Shown here piece after piece: positions 9,601 to 18,629 of a DNA stretch of 64,000 nucleotides. Both the position numbers and the translations under genes were made by a program. The notes below the pieces were generated by a model. That model saw nothing but the letters and a program-made list of their open reading frames with translations. It had not been told where the DNA came from and searched no databases. The DNA lies in contig OY762897.2 of assembly GCA_963666515.2 (NCBI GenBank), positions 1,664,001 through 1,728,000 on the forward strand, given 5' to 3'. Source of the DNA: Candidatus Binatia bacterium (GTDB lineage: Bacteria; Desulfobacterota; Binatia; UBA9968; JAJDTQ01). Every line of letters starts with the position of its first letter. Within the stretch, counting starts at the first letter, position 1.

Positions 9601-12600
9601 TCCCCGGCATCCCGATGGAGCAGGATGATCTCGGCGGCGCCCGGACGCAGCAGGCCTTCTTCCAGTTCATGCTCAACGGCCGGATCAAGGCTCTCGAAAC
9701 GGAGCGCGACCCCCTGCTGGTGGAAGGCCTCGTAGTGGGTCCGGCTACTCTCCTCGCTGTCGCTGATGAGCCAGAACTCCGACTGTCCGCCCGAATCCGG
9801 GAGCCGCTCGACGCACTGCTTGAGAATCGTCTGGTCGGGTTCGCGACCGCCGGCGAACTCGACGACATGGCAGGCGTAGCCCTGTCCCCGGCCGGACCCT
9901 TCCAGGGCGGCGATCAACCCGGCGGGCTCGATCTCGCCGTCCGGCAGCCGGTCGGCGAGACCCTGGCCGGTGGGAACGAACTTCGGCTGCCAGGAGATCC
10001 CGTGCTTGCTGCGCGGCAGGTCGCCCCAGCGAGGGTTGGATACGAACGATATGTAACTGTCGATGTGGGCGATGAGGCTTCCGGTGGCGTTGTCGTAGAA
10101 ACTCACGCTGCCGCCGGTGGTCTCGCCGTAGTGAACGGTATACTGGCCCTTCTCGTTCACATGGTACCACCCGTCCGCGGGTTTCGTGACGAGGACGGTG
10201 ATGCGCGGCGACGTCGGCGCGCCCAGGAACGTCACGCCTTCGGCCCGTTGCGGTATGGCGAAATGATCGCTGCCGAGCATCAGGTTGTACAGGAATATCT
10301 GGAGGCCTCCGTCCAGCAACGGAACGGACGCGACGTACCCTTCCTCCTTGCCGGTCTCCCACAGGGCCTCGTCCATCTCCACGTCGACAAGATAGGCCCG
10401 GGTGGTCATGTCCATCCGCACCCGCTTCATCGTCCTGAAATTGGGACCGTATTGAAACGTCTCGCTGAGCGCGGCTTCAAAGCGTTCGTAGCAATCGCTT
10501 TCGTCGGCGAGCACCGAGCGCTCGAAGCGGGTCATGTCGATGTCCGCCAGACGGTCCGGCGCCTTCACCGCATGGTCGCCGCTCAAGCGGCGCAGCTTGC
10601 CGCGGCAATGCAACTCGCTCCCCGCGTCGACGTCGAAGGAGCGGGACGAGATCGTGAAGGTGAATTCGCCGGGAGCATTGGAGATCGGGTACACGGCCGT
10701 CTGCAGGCGCACCGGCGTCTTGGGAATGGGACAGGGCTGAAGGAACTCGAGGACTTCGATATGGACCGGATCTCCTTCGAACGCTTCGAGGACCAGTTCG
10801 ATGTAGCCTGCCGCCGGCATGATGGCCGCGTAATGGACGAGGTGCTCCGCCAGCCATGGAAAGTCCTTGTCGGAAAGGCGCGCTTCGAAGAGCATGTGAT
10901 CGGAAGGCACCTTGTGCCCCACCAGCGGACCGTGGGAATATTGGCCCTGCTGGATGAACATCTCGTCATCGCACAGGACGTCGATGGTCGCCTGCTCTTC
11001 TCTCGGATGACCGGGCAGCAAATGGGCGACCGGCTTCGGACGCGGATACTGGGCGGCAAAATCCAGTTCCACGCCGGCCCTGAAAAGCGCCCCCAGCGCC
11101 TCCTGGAAGTTGCGGCAGTCGTCGGCATCACGCATCAACGTCGGAATGGACACCGGGTTCTGAGCATTGTCTTCCAGGCACTGCGCGATGACGGGCTGCA
11201 AGGCGCTGTGGGGCGCGATTTCCAGCACCACGTCGGGCCGGTATTCTCGCTGGATGGTCTCCATCGCCGCGGCGAACCGAACGGGCCGGCGGATATTGGA
11301 CCACCAGTAGGCGCTGTCCAGCCGTTCCGCCCGCTCGCCGGTCACCGAAGAAACGAGCGGAACGTCGGCGTCGATGACGCGTCCGTTCAAAAAGGACAGG
11401 CTCGCCAGCGCGTCGTCCCTGAGCACGTCCATGACGCTGGAATGGAAGGCGATGTTGCCCGGCAGCAGCCGGTTCTGCTGGCGGCGGCGATCCAACTCCG
11501 CGATGATCGGCGCCAGGGCCGCCTCCTTGCCGCAGATGACCGTGCTGGCCGGCGCGTTCTCGCACGCGATCTCCACCCGGGCCGGCCCTTCCTCCGGGCG
11601 AAAGGGAACCCCCAGCGTCTCGAGCAACTCTTCCGCGCCCTGCCTGCCGAGGCCCACGGCCAGCATGCGGCCGGAACCGGACGTGCGCTGCTGCAACGTG
11701 GCGCGATGAAAGACCAGCCGCGTCGCTTCGTCCAGCGAGAGCGCTCCGCAGGCGTAGGCGGCGGCCACCTCGCCGGAGCTGTGGCCGACGACGCAGTCCG
11801 GATAGACTCCCCAGGTCTTAAACAACTCCACCAGCGCGCACTGGAGCATGAAGATGACCGGCTGAGCCAGTTGGACCTCGTCGAGCGCCTCCTGGGGGGC
11901 GGAAAAACAGGCGTCGCGCAACGAGACGTCCGAATACTCCCGCCACCGCTCCTCGATGGCGTCGACGGCGCGCCGGAAAACGGGGTCGGCCTCGTAAAGC
12001 GCGCGGCCGCAACCGGCCCACTGCGTGCCCTGTCCGGAGAAGACCATGACCAGCCGCCTCTCGCCCGCTTCCATCGTGGCAACCGGTGAAGGGTCCTCCG
12101 CGAAGGCGTCCAGCGCCGCCTCCAGCTCCTTTCGGCTGCGGACCGCGAAGGCCGTGCGGACGGGGAAGTGGGTGCGGCGGCGGCCGAGATTGCCCGCCAG
12201 CGTATCAAGGTCGATGTCCGCTCCGGCGAGCGCTTCGCGCAGTTGCGCCGCGCTCCGCGTGAGCGTGGCGGTCGTGCGGGCCGACAGCGGAATCATGAAG
12301 CCCGCCTCCGGCGCCGGGGCCGCGGACCAGACCCGCGGCCGGGCCGGGCGATACTCCCCCACCACGCAGTGCCCGTTGGCGCCGCCAAAGCCGAAGGAGT
12401 TGATGCCCACCACCACCGGATGGTCCGGAAAGGGTTCACAGGCGGTCTGCACCTGCATGGGGCAACGCTCGAAGTCGATCTCGGGATTCGGCACCAGAAA
12501 ATTCCTGGAGATGGGCGCAAACGTGCGCCGTTGCATCATCAGGACGACCTTGAGCAGGGCGCAGTGGAAGGCCGCGGCCTCCATGTGACCCATGTTGCTC

Positions 12601-13658
12601 TTGACGCTGGCGATCCGTAGCGGAACCGCGCGATCGGAACCGCCGAACGCTTCCGCGATGGCGTTTCCTTCGATGCGGTCACCCACCACGGTGCCGGTGG
12701 CATGGGCCTCGATATAGTCGAAATCCGTTGGCGCGCGGCCGGCGCGGACGCAGGCCGTGCGCATCAGCTCCATCTGTGCGTGACGCGTCGGCGCGGTGAT
12801 GTAACGCCCTTGAGCCAAGCCGGCGGCGCCGTCCGCGCTGCCGGCCGCGTTGACCGCGGTGGCCTCGACCACGGCATGGATGGGATCCCCGTCGCGTTCC
12901 GCCGCGGCCAAGGGTTTGACGGCGTACACGAACGCCCCTTCCGAGCGCATGTACCCATTGGCCTCCGCGTCAAAGGAATGGCACTTGCCTTCCGGGCTGA
13001 TGACACCCAGCGCGTTGAAGGAAGCACTCACCCTGGCTGTGCCCAGGTAGTTGACGGACCCCACCACGGCCTGCTCGCAGTCGCCGTAACGGAGGGCGCT
13101 CACCGCCGAGTGCAGGGCGGTCAGGCTGGCCGAACACGCGGTGCAATAGGTCGTTGACGGCCCCATCAGATTGAAGTGGTATGAGATGCGATTGGCCAGC
13201 ATGGCCAAGCTGATGCTCATGACGTCGAACTGGGTGGAGCCGTACAGGGAACGCCAGTTGGCCACTGGCGGAACCTGCGCGCCGATGAAGACGCCGGTGG
13301 CGCTGTCGCGCAAGGAATGAAGATCCCAGCCGGCCCGCTCGAAGGCCTCCCAGGCGCAACTCAGCAACATCCTGACCTGGGGGTCCATGGCCAGCATCTC
13401 GTTGTGGGACAGTCCGAAGAAACCCCGGTCGAAGAGCTTTTCGACGTCGTCGCGAATCAGCCCCTCGTAGGGACTGGCAAAGCGGCCCGGGCCGGAGAAC
13501 CCGCCGATGGGCTGGTAGCCCCTGCCGTAGCGGCCGGTCACCGGCTCCCTGACGATCTCCCGTTCGCTGAGCAGACGCCAGAAGTCGTCGTCGGTGCGGA
13601 TGCCGCCGGGCATGCGGTAGCTGTATCCGACGATAGCAACCGCGTCTTCGGGCTTCAT
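6615..13658 (-). CDS. swfA: Type I PKS/FAS KS-AT-DH-(pseudo-MT)-ER-KR-ACP, SwfA-like
   Basis: KS CTACSAS/EAHATGT/KSNMGHME; AT GHSSG and IAFHS; DH HLVHYAAIMP and DGGLQ; ER LIHSAMGGVG; KR VTGGLGGFG and NYSAAN; ACP FGLTSIS. No TE domain. Confidence 0.9.
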   Translation of the reverse strand: MKPEDAVAIVGYSYRMPGGIRTDDDFWRLLSEREIVREPVTGRYGRGYQPIGGFSGPGRFASPYEGLIRDDVEKLFDRGFFGLSHNEMLAMDPQVRMLLSCAWEAFERAGWDLHSLRDSATGVFIGAQVPPVANWRSLYGSTQFDVMSISLAMLANRISYHFNLMGPSTTYCTACSASLTALHSAVSALRYGDCEQAVVGSVNYLGTARVSASFNALGVISPEGKCHSFDAEANGYMRSEGAFVYAVKPLAAAERDGDPIHAVVEATAVNAAGSADGAAGLAQGRYITAPTRHAQMELMRTACVRAGRAPTDFDYIEAHATGTVVGDRIEGNAIAEAFGGSDRAVPLRIASVKSNMGHMEAAAFHCALLKVVLMMQRRTFAPISRNFLVPNPEIDFERCPMQVQTACEPFPDHPVVVGINSFGFGGANGHCVVGEYRPARPRVWSAAPAPEAGFMIPLSARTTATLTRSAAQLREALAGADIDLDTLAGNLGRRRTHFPVRTAFAVRSRKELEAALDAFAEDPSPVATMEAGERRLVMVFSGQGTQWAGCGRALYEADPVFRRAVDAIEERWREYSDVSLRDACFSAPQEALDEVQLAQPVIFMLQCALVELFKTWGVYPDCVVGHSSGEVAAAYACGALSLDEATRLVFHRATLQQRTSGSGRMLAVGLGRQGAEELLETLGVPFRPEEGPARVEIACENAPASTVICGKEAALAPIIAELDRRRQQNRLLPGNIAFHSSVMDVLRDDALASLSFLNGRVIDADVPLVSSVTGERAERLDSAYWWSNIRRPVRFAAAMETIQREYRPDVVLEIAPHSALQPVIAQCLEDNAQNPVSIPTLMRDADDCRNFQEALGALFRAGVELDFAAQYPRPKPVAHLLPGHPREEQATIDVLCDDEMFIQQGQYSHGPLVGHKVPSDHMLFEARLSDKDFPWLAEHLVHYAAIMPAAGYIELVLEAFEGDPVHIEVLEFLQPCPIPKTPVRLQTAVYPISNAPGEFTFTISSRSFDVDAGSELHCRGKLRRLSGDHAVKAPDRLADIDMTRFERSVLADESDCYERFEAALSETFQYGPNFRTMKRVRMDMTTRAYLVDVEMDEALWETGKEEGYVASVPLLDGGLQIFLYNLMLGSDHFAIPQRAEGVTFLGAPTSPRITVLVTKPADGWYHVNEKGQYTVHYGETTGGSVSFYDNATGSLIAHIDSYISFVSNPRWGDLPRSKHGISWQPKFVPTGQGLADRLPDGEIEPAGLIAALEGSGRGQGYACHVVEFAGGREPDQTILKQCVERLPDSGGQSEFWLISDSEESSRTHYEAFHQQGVALRFESLDPAVEHELEEGLLRPGAAEIILLHRDAGDFGPEQWRFLNRLAVAGGLALVCHDDGQVIEPGAGWDTVRAGRRTTLLQAPQARPDARETGDLPGPRWVLGEAESWAEDWASLLDAPDLRRIPWETVAAGDFESLAEWPEVTDVRAIDFFCGSDPEDPTGEKVSARLIALVRALVLARMEHADHPCRLTVVTHGAAFDVAEPRGSALWGAIRSMDIEVGEEAGIQFRLVDLGASEDIETLARLARCDLRERELAVRRNRLWAPRLVSIRDRYPRVPAGEEAAYRLTLDNPGQVTGLEMKTRELPALKPRDVEIEMEAAALNFRDVMVTLGLLPALAYERSALGREVGIEGAGTVRRVGPGVAHCRVGDEVAFTTGGCIANRVVLNEHLVFGKPARLSMEEAASSLSVYVTAYYSLIHLARLRQGQRVLIHSAMGGVGQAAIALARHAGAEIYATAGSESKRDQLRALGARAAFDSHRFDWYDGLMEATAGEGVDVVLNSLAGRHVELCLRALRPGGWHCEIGKVDIYQDNDLGLRIFRKNLRFAAIDVDRLMIDDPFLTRQLSQACLDLLDQGALPPLPVTVFPYRDYAKALRLMTTGQHQGKLVLKAPQASEDAGFTVAEVRPFLDPDATYLVTGGLGGFGMRLLPYLVAAGARHLTLMDRDPERRRDADWIRRSGALTYMDEEVEFDIVTGDVAVEEDVQRCIAGLKRPLKGVFHLAGALDDGLLVDMTEESVAKVFAPKASGALHLHRATAACALDHFVLFSSTSSVLGNPGQVNYSAANAFLDGLAAYRRRRGLPGLAYNMAAVADAGMAARSLPVLRLMRAAGIPPVSSQFAVSNLDYAMRSMPDRDHLITALFESPAWRVDSPDYMRIGRLLPNQDAFEVGAAGEMTVDAVVAQIAAKVAELCGHDEGGVEEPLSSFGLTSISVAELGTFIQTQFNHRVSALELMTTASSLSLAQDIIHGKKDAAEDPAETGAAGSEDASVAGGRRVRRTPSVFANSPEEHFPSWAGVESDPAKDLAIR

Positions 13659-13708
13659 GCCTTCCCTCTATCTTCAAAGGTCCGAGCCGGGGGCGGCTCC
13701 CGAGCCGT

Positions 13709-14005
13709 TCACTGGCTGGACTCTTCAATCACCTCGTTCAGGGTCACCTCGGCTGCGTTGAACATGTCCGCAAGAATCTGTTGGCGGCGCGCCTTCAGCC
13801 GTTGAACCCGTTGCCACAACGCGTCCTTTATCCGGGTGACCGCCTGCTCCCGCGTCTCGGCGGAGAGAGTGACGTTGTTCCTGAACTCGTACTTCTCCAC
13901 CGTGAACTCGGCGATGTCGAGAATGTTGTCGCCAACAACGTTCAGGTCCACCGAGCTGCGAATCCTTCCGATCTTTTCTTCCGTGTCCTTGTGGTGATCA
14001 GTCAT
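13709..14005 (-). CDS. Small hypothetical helical protein
   Basis: ORF with a GGGAGGA RBS before MTDHHKD, between the STAS gene and the PKS. Confidence 0.6.
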   Translation of the reverse strand: MTDHHKDTEEKIGRIRSSVDLNVVGDNILDIAEFTVEKYEFRNNVTLSAETREQAVTRIKDALWQRVQRLKARRQQILADMFNAAEVTLNEVIEESSQ

Positions 14006-14036
14006 CGTTTCCTCCCGGGTTTGATGTGAACCGACA

Positions 14037-14393
14037 CTACTCGTTTTCAAACGCCTTCACCGCCGCCGCCTGCGAATCGTAGACCGGGATGACCTTGTCA
14101 AAGCCGCTGACTTCCACGATGCCGCGGACCGCTTCCTGAAGCGCGCAGATGGCAAAGCTCTTTTCCGGCTCGTTGAATTTCTTGGCGATGCTCAGCGCGA
14201 CCCTCAGGCCGGCGCTGCTGAGGAAGGTCACGTGCTCGAAGTCGAGGATCAGGGCCTTGTCCGACGGATCGACTCCGCTTTCCAGCATGCGCTCGAACAG
14301 GTCCGCGTTGGCGCCGCTGAAACGACCGACCAGCATCGCGATCACGATACCGCCCTTCCGGCCCCACTTGATGTCGATGTCCATGGCTTTCAA
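14037..14393 (-). CDS. STAS-domain anti-sigma factor antagonist
   Basis: LILDFEHVTFLSSAGLRV motif with the phosphorylatable Ser, and VSGFDKVI. Confidence 0.85.
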   Translation of the reverse strand: MKAMDIDIKWGRKGGIVIAMLVGRFSGANADLFERMLESGVDPSDKALILDFEHVTFLSSAGLRVALSIAKKFNEPEKSFAICALQEAVRGIVEVSGFDKVIPVYDSQAAAVKAFENE

Positions 14394-14444
14394 CTCCTTT
14401 CCACCCGGACGGCGGCTGAAGCCTGCGACCCACGCCTGGATCGC

Positions 14445-15512
14445 CTACGGGTGTATGGTCTCCAGGAACCAGTCCGTGGGAATCTCCCTGCCGAGTCCCT
14501 CCTGCTTCGCCAGTTCCAGCACCCGCGCCCCCACCGCGGCGAACTGGATGCCCATGCCGACGTTGTTCTTGTAAACGGTGATGTCGGCGTCGCGGGTCCG
14601 GCCCGTGGCCCCGCCGATCATCAGCTCACCCAACTCGTGGATCTTGTCCCAGCCGAACACCCCTTCCTCGATGGGCTTCAGCAGGTCGGGATGGCCAGCG
14701 TACTCGGACTGGGCGCGGGAATTGATGACGATCACGTCGGCCCGGCGCAACGTCGCCTCGTCCAGCTCGATACGCTTGACCGATTCGTCGCTGTTCACGA
14801 TGGAGCCCACGTGGGCGCCATCTTCCAGCCACTCGCCCCTGAACGTCGGCTCGTTGGTGTTGGTGGCGGACATGACGATGTCCGAGCCCACCACCACGTC
14901 CCTGGGATCGTCCATCGCGCTCACCGGTATCCCCAGGCGCTCGTTCCATTCCGCGGCGAACGCCCGCCGGTGCTCCGGGGTCGGACTGAAGACCTTGACC
15001 TTGTCGAGCTTCCGCACCTTGGCGATGGCTTCGATGTGCGCCCCCGCCTGGAGGCCCGAGCCGAAGAGCCCCAGCACCCGGGCGTCCTCGCGGGCCAGGT
15101 ACTTCACGCCCAGGGCGCTGGTGGCCCCCACCCGGGTCTTCTGCAGGAATCCGTCCTGGATGATCGCCAGGGGCTCGCCGGTTTCGAGGCTGAAGAGCTG
15201 GATGAGCCCCACGTACTTCCTGCCGGGTGCAGCCGGAACCTTCTCCTGCCGTACCAGACCGGAAACGGTGGGAAAGTGGACGATATCGGAGGAGAGCCGT
15301 AGCGCCATGACCCCGAAGCGGGGAACGGCGCCGTTCATGGTCTTGAGACGGTAGGACTGCCTGGAGCTCTCCAACGAGACGTACGTGTGGGTGCGAAGCT
15401 GGTTGACCGCGATTCCCCGGCCCAGGTCCTGGAAGGCCTGCTCCACGGCCTCCAGACAGTCATCCATGGTGAGCACCTTCTCGACGTCGTCGTTGCTCAG
15501 GATGTGGGTCAT
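14445..15512 (-). CDS. Ornithine cyclodeaminase/mu-crystallin family protein
   Basis: RVGATS, GLFGSGLQA Rossmann motif, GEWLEDGAHV, YKNNVGMGIQF. Confidence 0.85.
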   Translation of the reverse strand: MTHILSNDDVEKVLTMDDCLEAVEQAFQDLGRGIAVNQLRTHTYVSLESSRQSYRLKTMNGAVPRFGVMALRLSSDIVHFPTVSGLVRQEKVPAAPGRKYVGLIQLFSLETGEPLAIIQDGFLQKTRVGATSALGVKYLAREDARVLGLFGSGLQAGAHIEAIAKVRKLDKVKVFSPTPEHRRAFAAEWNERLGIPVSAMDDPRDVVVGSDIVMSATNTNEPTFRGEWLEDGAHVGSIVNSDESVKRIELDEATLRRADVIVINSRAQSEYAGHPDLLKPIEEGVFGWDKIHELGELMIGGATGRTRDADITVYKNNVGMGIQFAAVGARVLELAKQEGLGREIPTDWFLETIHP

Positions 15513-16072
15513 AGCGGCTCGATCAGCGAAACCTCTCCGGTCTCCACGTTGTAGCGCCGGCGGAGGATACGGGTGAGATCCGCGCTGAGGAACCGGAAGA
15601 CCACGGCCGGCGGTTCCGCCACCTGCGTCGAATGGATCTGGCCCGTCAGGTAGGGGTAGACGACGCCGGGCTCCAGCCTGTGGACCTCCTTGATGCGCAA
15701 GTCGGCTTTGTCGGGGTTCCGGCCGTCATCGGTGCGCTCGTAGAGGGGTATCTCGGTGACTCCCTGGTAGGCGCCGTAGACCACCCAGCAAGGCCCGTGG
15801 TCGTGAGGCGTGTTGCCGTGCCCCGGCGGGTGCACATGCCCCATCTGGACGAAGCCGTAGTCCGGGTCCCGGTAAAGCTCCCGCGACGGGTCGGCGTCCC
15901 TGATGATCTCGGCCATCCAGGGATCGTCCGGACGAGTGGCCGCGAGCATCCGCTCCATGGCCGCCTTTATCTTGAAAGGCAGCTCCGCATCGTTGCTGTC
16001 TCTCCAAAGAGAGCGAAGCTCCTCAATGTATCGGTCGAAGGTATTGTTCGCCATTGCCGGATCGAGCGCCAT
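15509..16072 (-). CDS. Cupin-fold protein (cysteine dioxygenase-like)
   Basis: PHDHGPCWVVYG and IHS metal-binding His motifs. GTG start with a GAGGAGG RBS. Confidence 0.65.
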   Translation of the reverse strand: MALDPAMANNTFDRYIEELRSLWRDSNDAELPFKIKAAMERMLAATRPDDPWMAEIIRDADPSRELYRDPDYGFVQMGHVHPPGHGNTPHDHGPCWVVYGAYQGVTEIPLYERTDDGRNPDKADLRIKEVHRLEPGVVYPYLTGQIHSTQVAEPPAVVFRFLSADLTRILRRRYNVETGEVSLIEPL

Positions 16073-16207
16073 TTCACACCTCCTCGGTAAGTGCCTGAGT
16101 CCCTAGGCCTGAGTCCCTGGTCAACATCGACGTTACGGTCACCTTTTTTCGGATTATACAGAAACACGCAACGGAATCATAGAGGCGGACATGGCATAGT
16201 TTCCCCA

Positions 16208-16225
16208 ATCAATACCACTATTGAT
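16208..16225. promoter_or_regulatory. Inverted repeat ATCAATA-N4-TATTGAT in divergent intergenic region (candidate regulator site)
   Basis: Perfect 7-bp IR in an AT-rich patch between two divergent operons. Confidence 0.35.
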
Positions 16226-16361
16226 ATTAGTAGTTCATCAAATGTGCACTCTCCGTTGCCCCCCACTGGCCCATCAGCAACGCAGTGAAGCTTGACAACG
16301 CTGCACGGTTTTGGGGATTATCGGCGCGCCGGAGTCTGTTCTTGCCCGAAAGGAGGACGTC

Positions 16362-17417
16362 ATGAGGAAGGCAGCCTTCTCGATCCTGGCGGTCGCTCTC
16401 GGTTCCCTCTTATTGCTCGATCCACCGGCGGCCCGGTCGGCCGCTGAGGACTTCTACCAAGGGAAGACGATGAACTTCATCGTGTCCTTCACCCCGGGTG
16501 GCGGCTATGACGTCTACGCGCGTCTCCTTGCCCGGCACCTGCCCAAGTACATCCCCGGCAAGCCAAGGGTGTTGGTGCAGAACATGCCCGGCGCCGGAGG
16601 GATCGTTGCTTCGAACTACCTTGCCAAGGTCGCCAAGTCCGACGGGTTGACGCTGGGAACCCTGCCCCGTGAGCTCTACTTGGCACAGATCGCCGGGGTT
16701 GACGCCCTCAAGGCGGACTTCACGAAAATGCATCCGGTGGGGAGCCTGGCCACGGATATCCTCACCGTGTACATGCGGACCGACACGCCCTACACCAGCA
16801 TCTCGGCCATTCAGGCTGCCTTGAAGGAGGGCAAGAAGCCGCCGCCCGTGGGCGCCACCGGGGTCGGCGGCGGGGGCTATCTCATCAAGCGGATCACCGA
16901 GGAGTTGGTGGGAACGAAGCTCTTCGACATCGTCCTGGGCTATCGCGGCGGTCCGCAGATTGACGTGGCCGTGCGCAAGGGAGAGCTGCTGGGAGCCGGA
17001 AGGTCTCTGGCCTCCGCACGTGACCGGGTGGGCGACCTTCTCAAGGCCGGGAAGATCACGATCATCGTCCAGTCGGGGACTCAGGACCGGAAGCGGAGCC
17101 CGGAACTGCCCAAGGTGCCGACGCTGTGGGAACTGGCCCGTACGGAAGACGGCAAGGCCTTGACCGCGAGCTATTTCCCTTCCACGATCGCGGGAAGACC
17201 TTTCTGGCTGCCGGCCGGCGTGCCGGAGGAAAGAGTGAAGATTCTGCGAAGCGCCTTCGTGAAAGCCGCCGGCGATCCGAAGCTCCTCGCCGAAGCCCGG
17301 AAGAGCGGCCGGCCCATAAATCTGGTCAGCGGAGATGAAATGGTCGGACTCTACCGCGAAGGATTTCGGGTCACTCCCGCGCTGAGGACCCTTTGGAAGG
17401 AGTTGATGGGGGCGTAG
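16362..17417 (+). CDS. Tripartite tricarboxylate transporter substrate-binding protein (Bug/TctC family)
   Basis: Signal peptide, FTPGGGYDVYAR, VQNMPGAGG, YRGG. AGGAGG RBS. Confidence 0.85.
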   Translation: MRKAAFSILAVALGSLLLLDPPAARSAAEDFYQGKTMNFIVSFTPGGGYDVYARLLARHLPKYIPGKPRVLVQNMPGAGGIVASNYLAKVAKSDGLTLGTLPRELYLAQIAGVDALKADFTKMHPVGSLATDILTVYMRTDTPYTSISAIQAALKEGKKPPPVGATGVGGGGYLIKRITEELVGTKLFDIVLGYRGGPQIDVAVRKGELLGAGRSLASARDRVGDLLKAGKITIIVQSGTQDRKRSPELPKVPTLWELARTEDGKALTASYFPSTIAGRPFWLPAGVPEERVKILRSAFVKAAGDPKLLAEARKSGRPINLVSGDEMVGLYREGFRVTPALRTLWKELMGA

Positions 17418-17461
17418 CGGCTGACCGCGCGCCACGAAGAGCGATTCACAGCGAGGTGCCG

Positions 17462-18553
17462 ATGCTTCTTCTCAACAATGACGACGTCCATGAACTGTTG
17501 GACATGAAGACCTGCCTCGAAGCCCTGGAAACAGGCTACCGGGACTTGGCCGCAGGCAATGCGGTGCATCGGCCAAGGCTCGACGTCTGGGCCCCCAGCG
17601 ACGAGCAGGACGCGTTCTTCCGCTGGGGCAGCATGGAGGGCGTGTGCCGGACCTACGGCGCCTTCGCCATCCGCATGAAGTCGGACATGGTGCGTTGGCC
17701 CGAAGGGGCCAACGAGGAGAAGTACTGCATCGAGCCCGGAACCTTCTGCGGTCTGGTCATGCTCTTCAGCACCAACAACGGCGAACCCCTGGCGATCATC
17801 AACGACGGCATCATCCAGCACATGCGGGTGGGCGCCGGCGCCGGCCTCGGGGTCAAGTACCTCGCCCGGGAGGATGCCGAAGTGGTGGGCATCATAGGCT
17901 CCGGCGGCATGGCGCGCACCTATCTCCAGGCCTTTGCCGAGGTACGCAAGCTGAGCCGGGTGAAGGTGTACAGCCGCTCCCGGGGGCGCCGCGAGACCTA
18001 TGCCGAGGAAATGAGGGAGTTGCTCGGCCTTCGGATCGACGTCCTCGACAACCCCGAAGACGTGGTGCGCGGCTCCGACGTCGTGTCCACCTGCACGGAC
18101 TCCATCGTCCCCGTGCTCACCGACCCGGACTGGCTCGAGCCCGGCATGCACGTGACCAACCTGGACCTGCGCGAGTTCGCGGCTGCCGAAGTATGGGACC
18201 GGTTCGACGTCACCGTGCGGCTGGGAGATCAGACCATGAGCCGCAAGCAGATGGAAAACGACTTCCGGCCGTTTCACTTCGCCGGATACACCGCGGGCCA
18301 GCCGGAGGAGCTGGCCCGCATCCCCAAGTCAAGGGTCCATATCGACGAGGAGCAGTACCCGAGGCTCGTGGAAGTGGTCCGGGGAGACGCTCCGGGCCGT
18401 TCCTCGCCGGAACAGATCACTTGCTTCATCAACGTCGGGACCCAAGGCCTGCAATTCGCCTCGGTGGGAGGGCGGTTGTACCAACTGGCCAGGGAACGCG
18501 GGGTCGGCCGCGAGCTGCCCACCGAGTGGTTCGTGCAGGACATCCGGGACTGA
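17462..18553 (+). CDS. Ornithine cyclodeaminase/mu-crystallin family protein
   Basis: MRVGAGA, GIIGSGGMA, WLEPGMHV, GTQGLQF. Confidence 0.85.
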   Translation: MLLLNNDDVHELLDMKTCLEALETGYRDLAAGNAVHRPRLDVWAPSDEQDAFFRWGSMEGVCRTYGAFAIRMKSDMVRWPEGANEEKYCIEPGTFCGLVMLFSTNNGEPLAIINDGIIQHMRVGAGAGLGVKYLAREDAEVVGIIGSGGMARTYLQAFAEVRKLSRVKVYSRSRGRRETYAEEMRELLGLRIDVLDNPEDVVRGSDVVSTCTDSIVPVLTDPDWLEPGMHVTNLDLREFAAAEVWDRFDVTVRLGDQTMSRKQMENDFRPFHFAGYTAGQPEELARIPKSRVHIDEEQYPRLVEVVRGDAPGRSSPEQITCFINVGTQGLQFASVGGRLYQLARERGVGRELPTEWFVQDIRD

Positions 18554-18593
18554 GCCTCGCGACCCACGAACATACCGACCTGCGAAGACAACC

Positions 18594-18616
18594 GGGGAGC
18601 CGGCGGCTCCCCTTTT
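18594..18616 (+). terminator. Rho-independent terminator-like hairpin
   Basis: GGGGAGCC-GGC-GGCTCCCC followed by TTTT, between two OCD paralogs. Confidence 0.55.
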
Positions 18617-18629
18617 CAACGGAGCATTT

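Noticed and set aside
9114-12089. 991-aa plus-strand ORF and similar long antisense ORFs (4880-6691, 28514-30772, 35200-37155, 41919-44378, 56861-59002)
   Set aside because: Typical high-GC shadow frames overlapping well-supported genes; no recognisable domains.
16292-16321. sigma70 promoter for the TctC gene
   Set aside because: TTGACA is present but the -10 match is poor, so it was not listed as a feature.
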